Shown here: positions 17,470-25,766 of the stretch, one piece after another
How the letters are laid out: every line of letters begins with the position of its first letter
Numbering within the stretch: the first letter of the stretch is position 1
Source: Escherichia phage vB_EcoS_NBD2
Sequence record: NC_031050.1
Length of the DNA stretch: 51,802 bases
Strand: one strand, 5' to 3'
Made by a program: the position numbers and the translations under genes
Notes under the pieces: generated by a model
What the model was told of the DNA's origin: nothing
Seen by the model: only the letters and a program-made list of their open reading frames with translations
The model's database searches: none

Positions 17470-17880
17470 ATGAACGAAGAGCAATACGCAGCAGCGGAGT
17501 TTATGCGCAGCCTAGCGCCAGCATTAAAGGGCGTTGATGATGTGACGATTATAGCATGGCTAACGCTTGCCGAAATGTTCGTTTGCCGGAACCGATTCAA
17601 AGCAGACTATCCAAAGGCGCTGGGGCTTTACGCAATGCACCTGATGTTTCTTGATGGCGCAATGAAGAAGGAGGGCGAAAGCATTGAGAACTACTCACGC
17701 AGATTGACAAGCTACACTCTGAGCGGTGAATTTTCTATGAGCTATGGCGCTGCAACTTCAAACACGGACGGGCGGCAGATTACCCAGACACCGTGGGGCA
17801 AGATGTACGATATTCTCAACAAGAAAAAAGGCGGCGGCTTCGGTCTGCTTTCCGGCATTAACAGAGGGTGCGGGCGATGA
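17470..17880 (+). CDS. putative head-tail connector or adaptor protein
   Basis: Position in head-tail joining block between capsid and major tail genes. Confidence 0.4.
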   Translation: MNEEQYAAAEFMRSLAPALKGVDDVTIIAWLTLAEMFVCRNRFKADYPKALGLYAMHLMFLDGAMKKEGESIENYSRRLTSYTLSGEFSMSYGAATSNTDGRQITQTPWGKMYDILNKKKGGGFGLLSGINRGCGR

Positions 17881-18251
17881 TTGATTATAACGAAGTGCAG
17901 AGGCTCACCGATCAGGGAATCGAAGCCTTTTCCGGTGGCGGCTCATTTGAGATCATAATCACTGGCGCTGGCAAGAAGATTGTAAACGGTGAAGAGGTTG
18001 TGATCCCAGAGGTTCGCGGCACTGTTTACGGCGCTGTGCGGGCTATCAGTCAACGATACGTTGACGGTGAAACAATCTTGCAGGGCGACAAGCGCGCCTT
18101 CTTCTCGAACGTAACGCCGATTGAAAACGGGATGATCATCATCCTTGAGGGTAAGCACTGGCGGGTAATCGACAATCGACCAGTAAACCCAACGCAAGGG
18201 CACGTGATCGCATATCGCCCAATCTTGCGAAAGGTGGCATCGCATGGCTAA
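17877..18251 (+). CDS. putative head closure protein
   Basis: ATGA overlap with upstream gene; position. Confidence 0.4.
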   Translation: MIDYNEVQRLTDQGIEAFSGGGSFEIIITGAGKKIVNGEEVVIPEVRGTVYGAVRAISQRYVDGETILQGDKRAFFSNVTPIENGMIIILEGKHWRVIDNRPVNPTQGHVIAYRPILRKVASHG

Positions 18252-18687
18252 CTACCAGATCAGAGAGTTTCATGATTCGGTTGCAAAGTGGATTAAGGCA
18301 TCGCAATTGGGGCTGGAGGATGTTGTCAGGATCATGGTTGCCAACATCCACAAGGATTTAGTTTACGGCTCACCAGTTGACACGGGGCGCTTTCGTGCCA
18401 ACTGGCAGATCACCGCCAACGTGCCGCCGTTCTACGCGCTCAATCAGTACGACAAAGACGGGAAGAAAACCATTGCAGAAGGTAAGCGAATCACAAACGC
18501 CATGCTCACCAGGGGCGCTGCAATAACCACGATTTATTTTTCAAACATGCTGATCTATGCCAATGCTCTTGAGTACGGACATTCGAAGCAAGCGCCAGCA
18601 GGCGTGCTGGGAATCGTGGCAATCCGGTTGAGATCTTACGTTAATAACGCAATTAAAGAGTCGAGGCTAAAAAATGGTATTAGATGA
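18244..18687 (+). CDS. putative neck or tail completion protein
   Basis: Overlapping gene in head-tail joining block. Confidence 0.4.
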   Translation: MANYQIREFHDSVAKWIKASQLGLEDVVRIMVANIHKDLVYGSPVDTGRFRANWQITANVPPFYALNQYDKDGKKTIAEGKRITNAMLTRGAAITTIYFSNMLIYANALEYGHSKQAPAGVLGIVAIRLRSYVNNAIKESRLKNGIR

Positions 18688-19102
18688 TTATGATGTTGAG
18701 GTTTCGGCGCGTAAGGCGCTTGCCTCTTTCGTTGGAGAGCGTTACCCGATCGCCTTTCCGAACTATGATTTCACCGAGCCGGATGATGGTTCAATGTGGT
18801 TAAAGTTCGACTACGTGCCAGTTGATAAGGTCTACAGGTCACTTGATCGCAAGTGCGTAAGCCTGATATCTATGATTCAGATCGGCGTTATCTTCCAGCC
18901 TGGGAGCGGTACGGACGACGCGCGCAAGCTGGCGAAAGAGCTTGTGAATTTTTTCGAAGATGGTAAAATCCTGAATGTGGGTTTTATTTTAAGCGGGGCG
19001 GAAACAAAGCCAACGCTAAAACACAATGCGGGCTGGCTAATCCCTATCCGCTTCACTGTCAGATATGACGAACACCCAGAACGGGAAAACAAAGGAGTTT
19101 AA
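18674..19102 (+). CDS. putative tail terminator protein
   Basis: Last gene before major tail protein. Confidence 0.4.
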   Translation: MVLDDYDVEVSARKALASFVGERYPIAFPNYDFTEPDDGSMWLKFDYVPVDKVYRSLDRKCVSLISMIQIGVIFQPGSGTDDARKLAKELVNFFEDGKILNVGFILSGAETKPTLKHNAGWLIPIRFTVRYDEHPERENKGV

Positions 19103-19103
19103 T

Positions 19104-19778
19104 ATGTCTCTTCCAAATGGTTCAAAGGTATTTATCGAGCGCACCCGCGCGGCGCAGGAAATTACCGCAAGCGCGATCTCCAACGCAGAGAATCCGGTTG
19201 CAACCGTAAATTCAACAACTGGACTTGCAGTTGGTGATTTTGTGCTTGTCACGGAATCCGTATGGGCAGGCCTGAAAAACCGCGTGCTTCGTATCAAAAC
19301 CGTAACCGCAGATACAAGCATCACGCTTGAAGGCGATAAGAGCACGAGCACGGTAAACCTGAACAAATACCCAGCGGGCGGCGCGTCAACTCTGGTTAAG
19401 ATCACCTCCTGGATTGAAATTCCGTGCGTAAGTGATATCGCCAAATCCGGCGGCGAGCAGCAGTATTACACTAAACAGTGTTTATCTGATGACCGCGAAC
19501 GCCAGATCCCAACCTTCAAGTCTGCAACGTCGATCGCGTACACCTTCGATTTCGACTACGCAAACCCCGTGACTGATTTGCTGATTGGTTACGATGAAGA
19601 TGGGAAAACCCGCGCGCTTTACATGTTCGTGCCAAAGGCAAGCTTCCCGATCCGCGCCTTCTCCGGCGTGCCGTCATTCGATGACGTGCCGAACACGGTA
19701 ATGAACGAGGATGAAACAACCATCCTGACAATCTCCCTGGACGGTAAATACGTTCACATGCAGGGCGAAGTTGACTAA
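19104..19778 (+). CDS. major tail protein
   Basis: ORF 19065..19778 trimmed to ATG 19104 after RBS aaaggag; followed by strong terminator; lies upstream of chaperone pair and tape measure. Confidence 0.6.
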   Translation: MSLPNGSKVFIERTRAAQEITASAISNAENPVATVNSTTGLAVGDFVLVTESVWAGLKNRVLRIKTVTADTSITLEGDKSTSTVNLNKYPAGGASTLVKITSWIEIPCVSDIAKSGGEQQYYTKQCLSDDRERQIPTFKSATSIAYTFDFDYANPVTDLLIGYDEDGKTRALYMFVPKASFPIRAFSGVPSFDDVPNTVMNEDETTILTISLDGKYVHMQGEVD

Positions 19779-19784
19779 ACCGAA

Positions 19785-19812
19785 AGGGGGGCATTGCCTC
19801 CCTTTTTCTTTT
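19785..19812 (+). terminator. intrinsic terminator after major tail gene
   Basis: GC-rich stem GGGGGGC/GCCTCCC followed by TTTTTCTTTT. Confidence 0.6.
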
Positions 19813-19852
19813 GTGATTTAATAGCGACTCAATCAAACAAGAGGATTAAACC

Positions 19853-20167
19853 ATGTCTTTCAAAGTGAAACTTTCTGAACGCCTGCCAGATTTCCCGCTT
19901 AACGTTAAATTCCATCTACCCAACGGCGTTGAGGCTGAAATTAAATACACCGTAAAGCACCGCAAGGCGAGTGAAATTCAAGAGCTTTACGCTCGTGAGA
20001 ACATCAAGGATCACGAGTTCATCACGGAAATTGCTTCCGGCTGGGATCTTGAAGATGAGTTTACCCCAGAGAATGCGCAAAAGCTGGTTGATAAATTCCC
20101 AGCGGCGGCGCTGGCACTGACTCAAAGTTACATGGCGGCTCTTGCTGGCGTGCGCGTAAAAAACTAA
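19853..20167 (+). CDS. tail assembly chaperone (G-like)
   Basis: 104-aa ORF immediately upstream of tape measure; ends with slippery heptamer A_AAA_AAC. Confidence 0.65.
   Translation: MSFKVKLSERLPDFPLNVKFHLPNGVEAEIKYTVKHRKASEIQELYARENIKDHEFITEIASGWDLEDEFTPENAQKLVDKFPAAALALTQSYMAALAGVRVKN
20158..20164 (+). other. candidate -1 programmed ribosomal frameshift site A_AAA_AAC
   Basis: Heptamer in zero frame as gtA AAA AAC taa; after -1 slip the frame reads CTA AAG CGG GCT GTA ACG CTG ATG... without stops into the downstream ORF. Confidence 0.6.
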
Positions 20168-20184
20168 AGCGGGCTGTAACGCTG

Positions 20185-20484
20185 ATGTTCAAGCGACAAC
20201 CAACCGATCAGGAATTGGAGGATTACGGTTTAACCCGTGAGGATTACGATAATCAAGATCCTGAAATACTCCTTTTCGATGAATCAATGTATCAGTCATG
20301 GGAAACATTCTGCGCAATGCAAACCCAATGGCGATCGGCTGGCGCTGGTGCTTACGGCCTGGATTATAATGTGTTGCCTATGCTGTTTCGAATCTATAAA
20401 ATAGATGATGAAGAAATGGCCTTAAATGATATTCGCGTGATGGAAGGGGAAGCCCTAAAAGCAATGCGAAAACTTCAATCATAG
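20185..20484 (+). CDS. tail assembly chaperone T-like segment (probably expressed as a G-T frameshift fusion)
   Basis: ORF in the -1 frame relative to 19853..20167, open from the slippery site through 20484. Confidence 0.55.
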   Translation: MFKRQPTDQELEDYGLTREDYDNQDPEILLFDESMYQSWETFCAMQTQWRSAGAGAYGLDYNVLPMLFRIYKIDDEEMALNDIRVMEGEALKAMRKLQS

Positions 20485-20505
20485 CGCCTTCGGGCGCTTT
20501 TTTTA
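20483..20505 (+). terminator. intrinsic terminator before tape measure gene
   Basis: AGCGCC-ttcg-GGCGCT plus T7. Confidence 0.6.
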
Positions 20506-20517
20506 TATGGGGGTTTT

Positions 20518-23217
20518 ATGACCGACCAATACGCAGGTTTGACCCTGGGCGTTGACGTTTCCCAGGTAGACAAGGCGGTTAAATCTCTGGACGCATTCGC
20601 AGAGGCGAACGACAGAGCCGCTAAGGGCGTTGAGAGCTTCGTTGATGAGGAGCAGGTTGCTCGACAGAAGGCCAAGGAGTTCGGCAACGAATTGAAGAGG
20701 CAGGCCAAAGAGTTTAAAAACGTTGAGGCCTCGATTGATCCCACCTTTGCCAAAATGCAGAAGTTGCGCGGCGCGGCGGAGCAATTAGACCAACTCTGGA
20801 AGGCGGGAGTTGTGCCAGATGAGAAATTCTTTATTCTTGGCGAAATCATCGAAAACCAGACCGTAGCACTCAATAAATCTCGCGCAGCGCTGACGGAAGA
20901 GGGTAAGGCAGCAGCAGAGAACGCCAGGAAGAAGGCTACGGCTCAACGCGAAGCTGACAGCTTCATCAAGCAACTGACGGCGCAGGCCAACGCAGCAACG
21001 ATGACCAAAAACGAACTTCTCGAACTTCGAGCGGCGGAGTTGGGAGTTACGGCGCAGGCGGCACCATTAATCGCATCGCTCAACAAGCAAACAAGTGCGC
21101 TGAATCTTTCCGGCCTTTCGGCTGGTCAGTACTCCCAGGCGATGCGAATGCTTCCGGCGCAGATCACGGACGTTGCAACATCACTTGCAGGCGGTATGCC
21201 GATTTGGTTAGTGGCAATCCAGCAGGGCGGGCAGATTAAGGACTCATTCGGCGGCGTGGCGAACACGTTCAAAGTTTTGTTGTCTTTCCTTAATCCGGTT
21301 AACGTTGGGATTGCGGCTACGGTTGGCGCGCTGGGAACGCTGATTTATGCGGTGGTCAAGGCCAAAAGCGAGATCACAGCGGCGCAAAAGGAAGTAACTG
21401 AAACGCTGGGAATGACAGGTGATTACGCAGATAAGCTGGCGTTAAACCTCCGCAACATTTCACAGGCCGCAGGTGAGACAACCGCCGAAACAGCAAAGAC
21501 TTTCATCACCACGAAAGACAGCGCAGAGCAGGCGATTGAAAAGCTTATTGATGTTGGATTTAGTTACGACGAGGCGCGCCGGAAGGTTGAAACTTACAAA
21601 GGATCGTCTAACTTCACCAACCTTAACGCCGACATTGAAGAGCACCGCTTACAGGTGTTAGGCCTCAAAGACGCATGGAGTGACGCGGCGGAAGAGGTGA
21701 AAAACTACTACACTGGAGCGAATGAGGGCAAGCAAAGTGTTGCTTTGGGTGGTGCGATTGATCCTATTATGCGCATTATCGAAAACGCAAAGAACTTGCA
21801 GAAGGAAACGAACCAGGCTCGAATTGAAGGTAACAAGATTGTTAACGACACAATCAATTCAATTAACAAAGAGTACCTGGCATCGAACAAGATCGCGGCG
21901 GCGGAAAAGGCGATTGTAGACGCGAAGAAGCAGGCTAAAATTATTTCACAATCCGGCAATGATGTTGCCATTAAGCAGGCCAACGAGCTTGTCAAGATTC
22001 GCGAAAAAGAATTGAAGCAGGCGCAGGATGCGGAAGCAAAACGCAACAAGCCAAAGAAAACATCAACTGGCGCGATCACAAAATCGCCAACCGAACAGCT
22101 TGATCGTGAGCTTTACACTCTGAAAGCGCAACTTGTGGTTATGCAGCAACACGCGAACATCAACGACAAGATCAGCAACCAGAGAAGGGCGCTATGGGCT
22201 ACAGAGGCACAAATTACCGTGCTTAAAGATACCCAGAGCAAACGAGCGCTAACCAACGATGAAAAGGCGTTGTTAGCGAGTCAAGAGAAAGTGCTTGAAC
22301 TTGCAAAACAGAAAGCGGAGTTAGGCGATCAGATTTTGCAGCAAGAGCAGTTAAACGCGCTGAATGACCAATCGTTGAAATTCGTCATGCAAATGAACGA
22401 AAGCACGAAGGCGCTGAACGACTCGCGAGCGATGGGCAACCGTGAAGCAGAAAGGGCGGCAGAGCGTGCGAAAATCACCTCTGATTACCTTAAAAACGGC
22501 GGCGGCGCTGACGATGAGAATCTCAAGAAGATGATTCAAGCCCAGGATGAATACTACGCCGCAGAAGATGCCAAGCGTGCTGATTGGTTAGCTGGGGCGC
22601 AAAACGCCTTTGCCAACTACGGTGACGCGGCAACGGATATGTATTCAAACGTAGGCAGCATCGCAACCAATGCTCTTAACGGAATGTCAGATATGATGAC
22701 CGATTTCCTTATGACAGGGCAGGCCAACTTTGCAGACTTCGCGAAGTCAATCATTAGCCAGATCATAAAGATGATCACGCAGATGGTTATTTTCAACAGC
22801 ATTTCCGGCATGATGGGCGGCGGAGGCGGTTTCTCATTCGCTAAAGGATCATACGCAACGGGCGGCTACACTGGCGACGGCGGCAAGTATGCGCCAGCGG
22901 GCGTGGTTCACCGTGGCGAGTTCGTTATGACGAAGGAGGCAACGAAGAGAATCGGTGTTGATAATCTTTACCGAATGATGCGCGGCTATGCTTCTGGAGG
23001 TCTGGTTGGTGGTTCTGGTTCAGGCGTTTCGGGCACCAATCAGAGCAGCGGGCTTTTATTGAACATCGGCAGCATTCCGGTTAACATCAATAACGGAAGC
23101 GATCCGGCGGGAATGGAGCAAGGGATCAGGATGATTGTTACGCAGATGATGACGGAAGCTTGCGCGCAGGGTGGCGAAATCAATCGCTTTGTAAATGCTA
23201 AAATGGGGAACGGTTAA
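20518..23217 (+). CDS. tail tape measure protein
   Basis: 899 aa, largely coiled-coil-like, Gly-rich C-terminal segment; sits between chaperone pair and minor tail genes. Confidence 0.8.
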   Translation: MTDQYAGLTLGVDVSQVDKAVKSLDAFAEANDRAAKGVESFVDEEQVARQKAKEFGNELKRQAKEFKNVEASIDPTFAKMQKLRGAAEQLDQLWKAGVVPDEKFFILGEIIENQTVALNKSRAALTEEGKAAAENARKKATAQREADSFIKQLTAQANAATMTKNELLELRAAELGVTAQAAPLIASLNKQTSALNLSGLSAGQYSQAMRMLPAQITDVATSLAGGMPIWLVAIQQGGQIKDSFGGVANTFKVLLSFLNPVNVGIAATVGALGTLIYAVVKAKSEITAAQKEVTETLGMTGDYADKLALNLRNISQAAGETTAETAKTFITTKDSAEQAIEKLIDVGFSYDEARRKVETYKGSSNFTNLNADIEEHRLQVLGLKDAWSDAAEEVKNYYTGANEGKQSVALGGAIDPIMRIIENAKNLQKETNQARIEGNKIVNDTINSINKEYLASNKIAAAEKAIVDAKKQAKIISQSGNDVAIKQANELVKIREKELKQAQDAEAKRNKPKKTSTGAITKSPTEQLDRELYTLKAQLVVMQQHANINDKISNQRRALWATEAQITVLKDTQSKRALTNDEKALLASQEKVLELAKQKAELGDQILQQEQLNALNDQSLKFVMQMNESTKALNDSRAMGNREAERAAERAKITSDYLKNGGGADDENLKKMIQAQDEYYAAEDAKRADWLAGAQNAFANYGDAATDMYSNVGSIATNALNGMSDMMTDFLMTGQANFADFAKSIISQIIKMITQMVIFNSISGMMGGGGGFSFAKGSYATGGYTGDGGKYAPAGVVHRGEFVMTKEATKRIGVDNLYRMMRGYASGGLVGGSGSGVSGTNQSSGLLLNIGSIPVNINNGSDPAGMEQGIRMIVTQMMTEACAQGGEINRFVNAKMGNG

Positions 23218-23219
23218 TC

Positions 23220-23567
23220 ATGGCACTTGATGTTTTTAAATGGTGCGTGCAGGTGCAAAATGGCGGTGGCGTGATGAGCGTCACCAACAATGATCGTGAG
23301 GTGCAATTCGGTAATGGTTTTCGCCAGGTTGCATCTTCCGGCTTTAACACCGAGCGGCGCGAATATCAGATCACATACTTCGGCAAGGATTGGCAAGCGG
23401 TGCGTAAGTTTCTTCGCGATCACAGGCTAAAGCCTTTCGCGTTTACGCCTCCTAGCGACACGATCGGCATCTTCCTATTGAAGCCGGACACGTTGAGCGC
23501 AACGCCGATCGCAAACGGTCAACTTGAAATCAAATGCGCTATTGTGGAACAGTTCACAGCAGCGTAA
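23220..23567 (+). CDS. minor tail protein (lambda M-like)
   Basis: 115-aa ORF directly after tape measure; order M-L-K-I-J. Confidence 0.55.
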   Translation: MALDVFKWCVQVQNGGGVMSVTNNDREVQFGNGFRQVASSGFNTERREYQITYFGKDWQAVRKFLRDHRLKPFAFTPPSDTIGIFLLKPDTLSATPIANGQLEIKCAIVEQFTAA

Positions 23568-23586
23568 AATAAAAGCCTCCTTATGG
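23563..23586 (+). terminator. intrinsic terminator
   Basis: AGCCTCC-ttat-GGGGGCT plus T6. Confidence 0.55.
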
Positions 23587-23612
23587 GGGCTTTTTTATTG
23601 GAGGTCAAAATT

Positions 23613-24374
23613 ATGGCTATGTCTCCCGCATTTGTTAACTGCCTGCAATCACTATACCCAGGCGAGATACTAACGCTAGTCGAAGTTGATGGCACCAAAT
23701 TTGGCGCACAGGTATACCGATTCCACGGCGAAAACATACAGTTCACGCCGGAAGAAATTCTTGCAGCAACGCAGGGCGGAACGCTGCAACCTAAAACGAT
23801 CATGTTCCAGGGTAACGAATACGGCGCGCGCCCGTTCGGTATTTCTGGGATCAGCTTCAATGGCAACGGCAAGGCCGGAAAGCCGCAACTGACGTTATCT
23901 AATATTGATAGCCGAGTTTCCGCACTAATCCGATCCTACAACGGCATGATGCAAGCGAAGGTCAATATCTGGATTACCCAGCGCGATCTATTGGGTGAAG
24001 ATGGAAATGTTTCACCTGGCGACTTCCGAAAGCTGACGTATTACATTGAGCGCCCCAACTTTGTTGATCCGAGCCTTGCCCGCTTTGACTTAACATCGCC
24101 TTACGATATGGATGGGATTATGATTCCTCCACGCATCACGCAAAGCGTTTGTTTCTGGGCGCAGCGCGGCTGGTATCGTTCCGGCAGAGGTTGCGACTAC
24201 AACGGCAATAAGTATTTCGACAAAGACAATAACCCTGTAAGCGATCCATCGCAGGACGTTTGCGCGGGCACCGTTACCGCCTGCAAGCTTCGAAATGGCG
24301 GCAAGAATGGCACTGAGTTTGAGTTGCCTTTCGGCGGCTGTGCGGTTGCTTCACTGATGAGGAAAAACCAATGA
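23613..24374 (+). CDS. minor tail protein (lambda L-like)
   Basis: ORF trimmed to ATG 23613 after RBS ggaggt; C-terminal Cys cluster (CDYNG...C...C...C) as in lambda gpL iron-sulfur region. Confidence 0.55.
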   Translation: MAMSPAFVNCLQSLYPGEILTLVEVDGTKFGAQVYRFHGENIQFTPEEILAATQGGTLQPKTIMFQGNEYGARPFGISGISFNGNGKAGKPQLTLSNIDSRVSALIRSYNGMMQAKVNIWITQRDLLGEDGNVSPGDFRKLTYYIERPNFVDPSLARFDLTSPYDMDGIMIPPRITQSVCFWAQRGWYRSGRGCDYNGNKYFDKDNNPVSDPSQDVCAGTVTACKLRNGGKNGTEFELPFGGCAVASLMRKNQ

Positions 24375-25093
24375 TTCACCCTAAAATCAAGATGGCTATC
24401 TTTGAGCACGCAAAAGAAGAATACCCCCGAGAGTGTTGCGGGGTTGTCACCCAGAAAGGCCGCGTGCAGAAGTATTGGCGAGTCGATAACGTGAGCAAAG
24501 ACCCAGAAAATCATTTTCAGATGGACGCAGTGCAGTATGCCTGCATTGAGGATGACGCGGAGTTAACCACGATCGCAATCGTTCACAGTCATTGCGGCGA
24601 CGGTGCAACCACGCTCCCCAGCGCGCATGACACATGCATCATGAATGAAATGCAAGTTCCCTGGGTTATTGTTAGTTTGCCGGAAGGTGATTTGCGGATT
24701 TGCGAGCCGAAAGATATCCCCCTGATCGGTCGCCCGTGGTCGCTGGGTTCGTATGATTGCTGGGGGCTGGTGATGGCCTGGCACAAAGAGCACGGCGTTG
24801 AATTGAACGACTTCCGCAAGCCTTACGAATGGTGGAAGCCGGAGCACGGCGAAAACCTTTACTTTGACAACTACATCAAAGAGGGCTTCATTGAAACTGG
24901 CAAGGCACCAGAGGCAGGCGATATGGTGATCTTTCAGCTACAGGCCGAAGTTTGGAATCATGCAGGCATTTACGTTGGCGACAACCAAATCCTTCATCAC
25001 GCCTTCGGTAAGCTGTCAAAGACGGATATTTATTCCGGCTGGTATCAAGAGCACACAAAAATGATTTGCCGACACAAGGATCTGAAACTATGA
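24371..25093 (+). CDS. tail assembly protein (lambda K-like, MPN/JAB plus NlpC/P60-like)
   Basis: HSHCGDG (JAB-like H-x-H) and a later Cys/His region (DCWGLV...WHKEHG); position. Confidence 0.6.
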   Translation: MIHPKIKMAIFEHAKEEYPRECCGVVTQKGRVQKYWRVDNVSKDPENHFQMDAVQYACIEDDAELTTIAIVHSHCGDGATTLPSAHDTCIMNEMQVPWVIVSLPEGDLRICEPKDIPLIGRPWSLGSYDCWGLVMAWHKEHGVELNDFRKPYEWWKPEHGENLYFDNYIKEGFIETGKAPEAGDMVIFQLQAEVWNHAGIYVGDNQILHHAFGKLSKTDIYSGWYQEHTKMICRHKDLKL

Positions 25094-25689
25094 ACATTGT
25101 AAAAACAATCAAGCTTTCTGGCTCCCTGGGGAAACGCTTCGGCGTTTTCCACAAGTTAGCCGTTGACTCATACCCCGAAGCGATTCGGGCGCTATCCTCC
25201 CAAGTTGAAGGATTCAAAGAGTTTATGACGAGCGAGATCGGATCACGCATGAACTTTGCAATTTTCGTTGATGGCAAAAACATTGGCGAACACGATGAGC
25301 AAAACTTTGCTTGCGCCCGTGAGGTTCGGATTATTCCAGTGCCAACGGGATCGAAGAATGGCGGGCTTTTTCAAATTGTTGTTGGTGCGGTGATGATGGT
25401 TGCAGCATTCTACACTGGCGGCGCATCGCTGGCGCTAATGGGAACGTTTGCAACGTCTGCCTTCATGATGGGCGGCGCGATGGTTCTGGGTGGTGTTATG
25501 CAGATGATTTCACCGCAGCAGGGCGGCGCAAAGATGGAAATCCAGAGCAGCAAAAATAGGCCTTCTTATGCCTTCGGCGGCGCGGTGAATACCACGGCGG
25601 CTGGAAATCCGATCCCGTTACCATATGGGAAGCGAACGGTTGGCGGCGCTGTATTTTCGGCGGCGAGTATGGCAGAAGATATGGTGTAA
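25090..25689 (+). CDS. tail assembly protein (lambda I-like)
   Basis: ATGA overlap with K-like gene; hydrophobic Gly/Ala-rich C-terminal half. Confidence 0.55.
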   Translation: MNIVKTIKLSGSLGKRFGVFHKLAVDSYPEAIRALSSQVEGFKEFMTSEIGSRMNFAIFVDGKNIGEHDEQNFACAREVRIIPVPTGSKNGGLFQIVVGAVMMVAAFYTGGASLALMGTFATSAFMMGGAMVLGGVMQMISPQQGGAKMEIQSSKNRPSYAFGGAVNTTAAGNPIPLPYGKRTVGGAVFSAASMAEDMV

Positions 25690-25695
25690 TTCAAA

Positions 25696-25718
25696 GCCCG
25701 CCTTGCGCGGGTTTTTTT
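25696..25718 (+). terminator. intrinsic terminator before J-like gene
   Basis: CCCGC-cttg-GCGGG plus T7. Confidence 0.6.
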
Positions 25719-25766
25719 ACGCCTGTATAATGAAACTTCACTAAATAGCACGAAAGGTTAAGCACT

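Noticed and set aside
20475-22079. Antisense ORFs inside the tape measure gene (20475..20873 -, 20503..20784 -, 21708..22079 -)
   Set aside because: They lie entirely within the 899-aa tape measure frame on the opposite strand, have no RBS or promoter, and are the usual antisense artefacts of a long repetitive gene.
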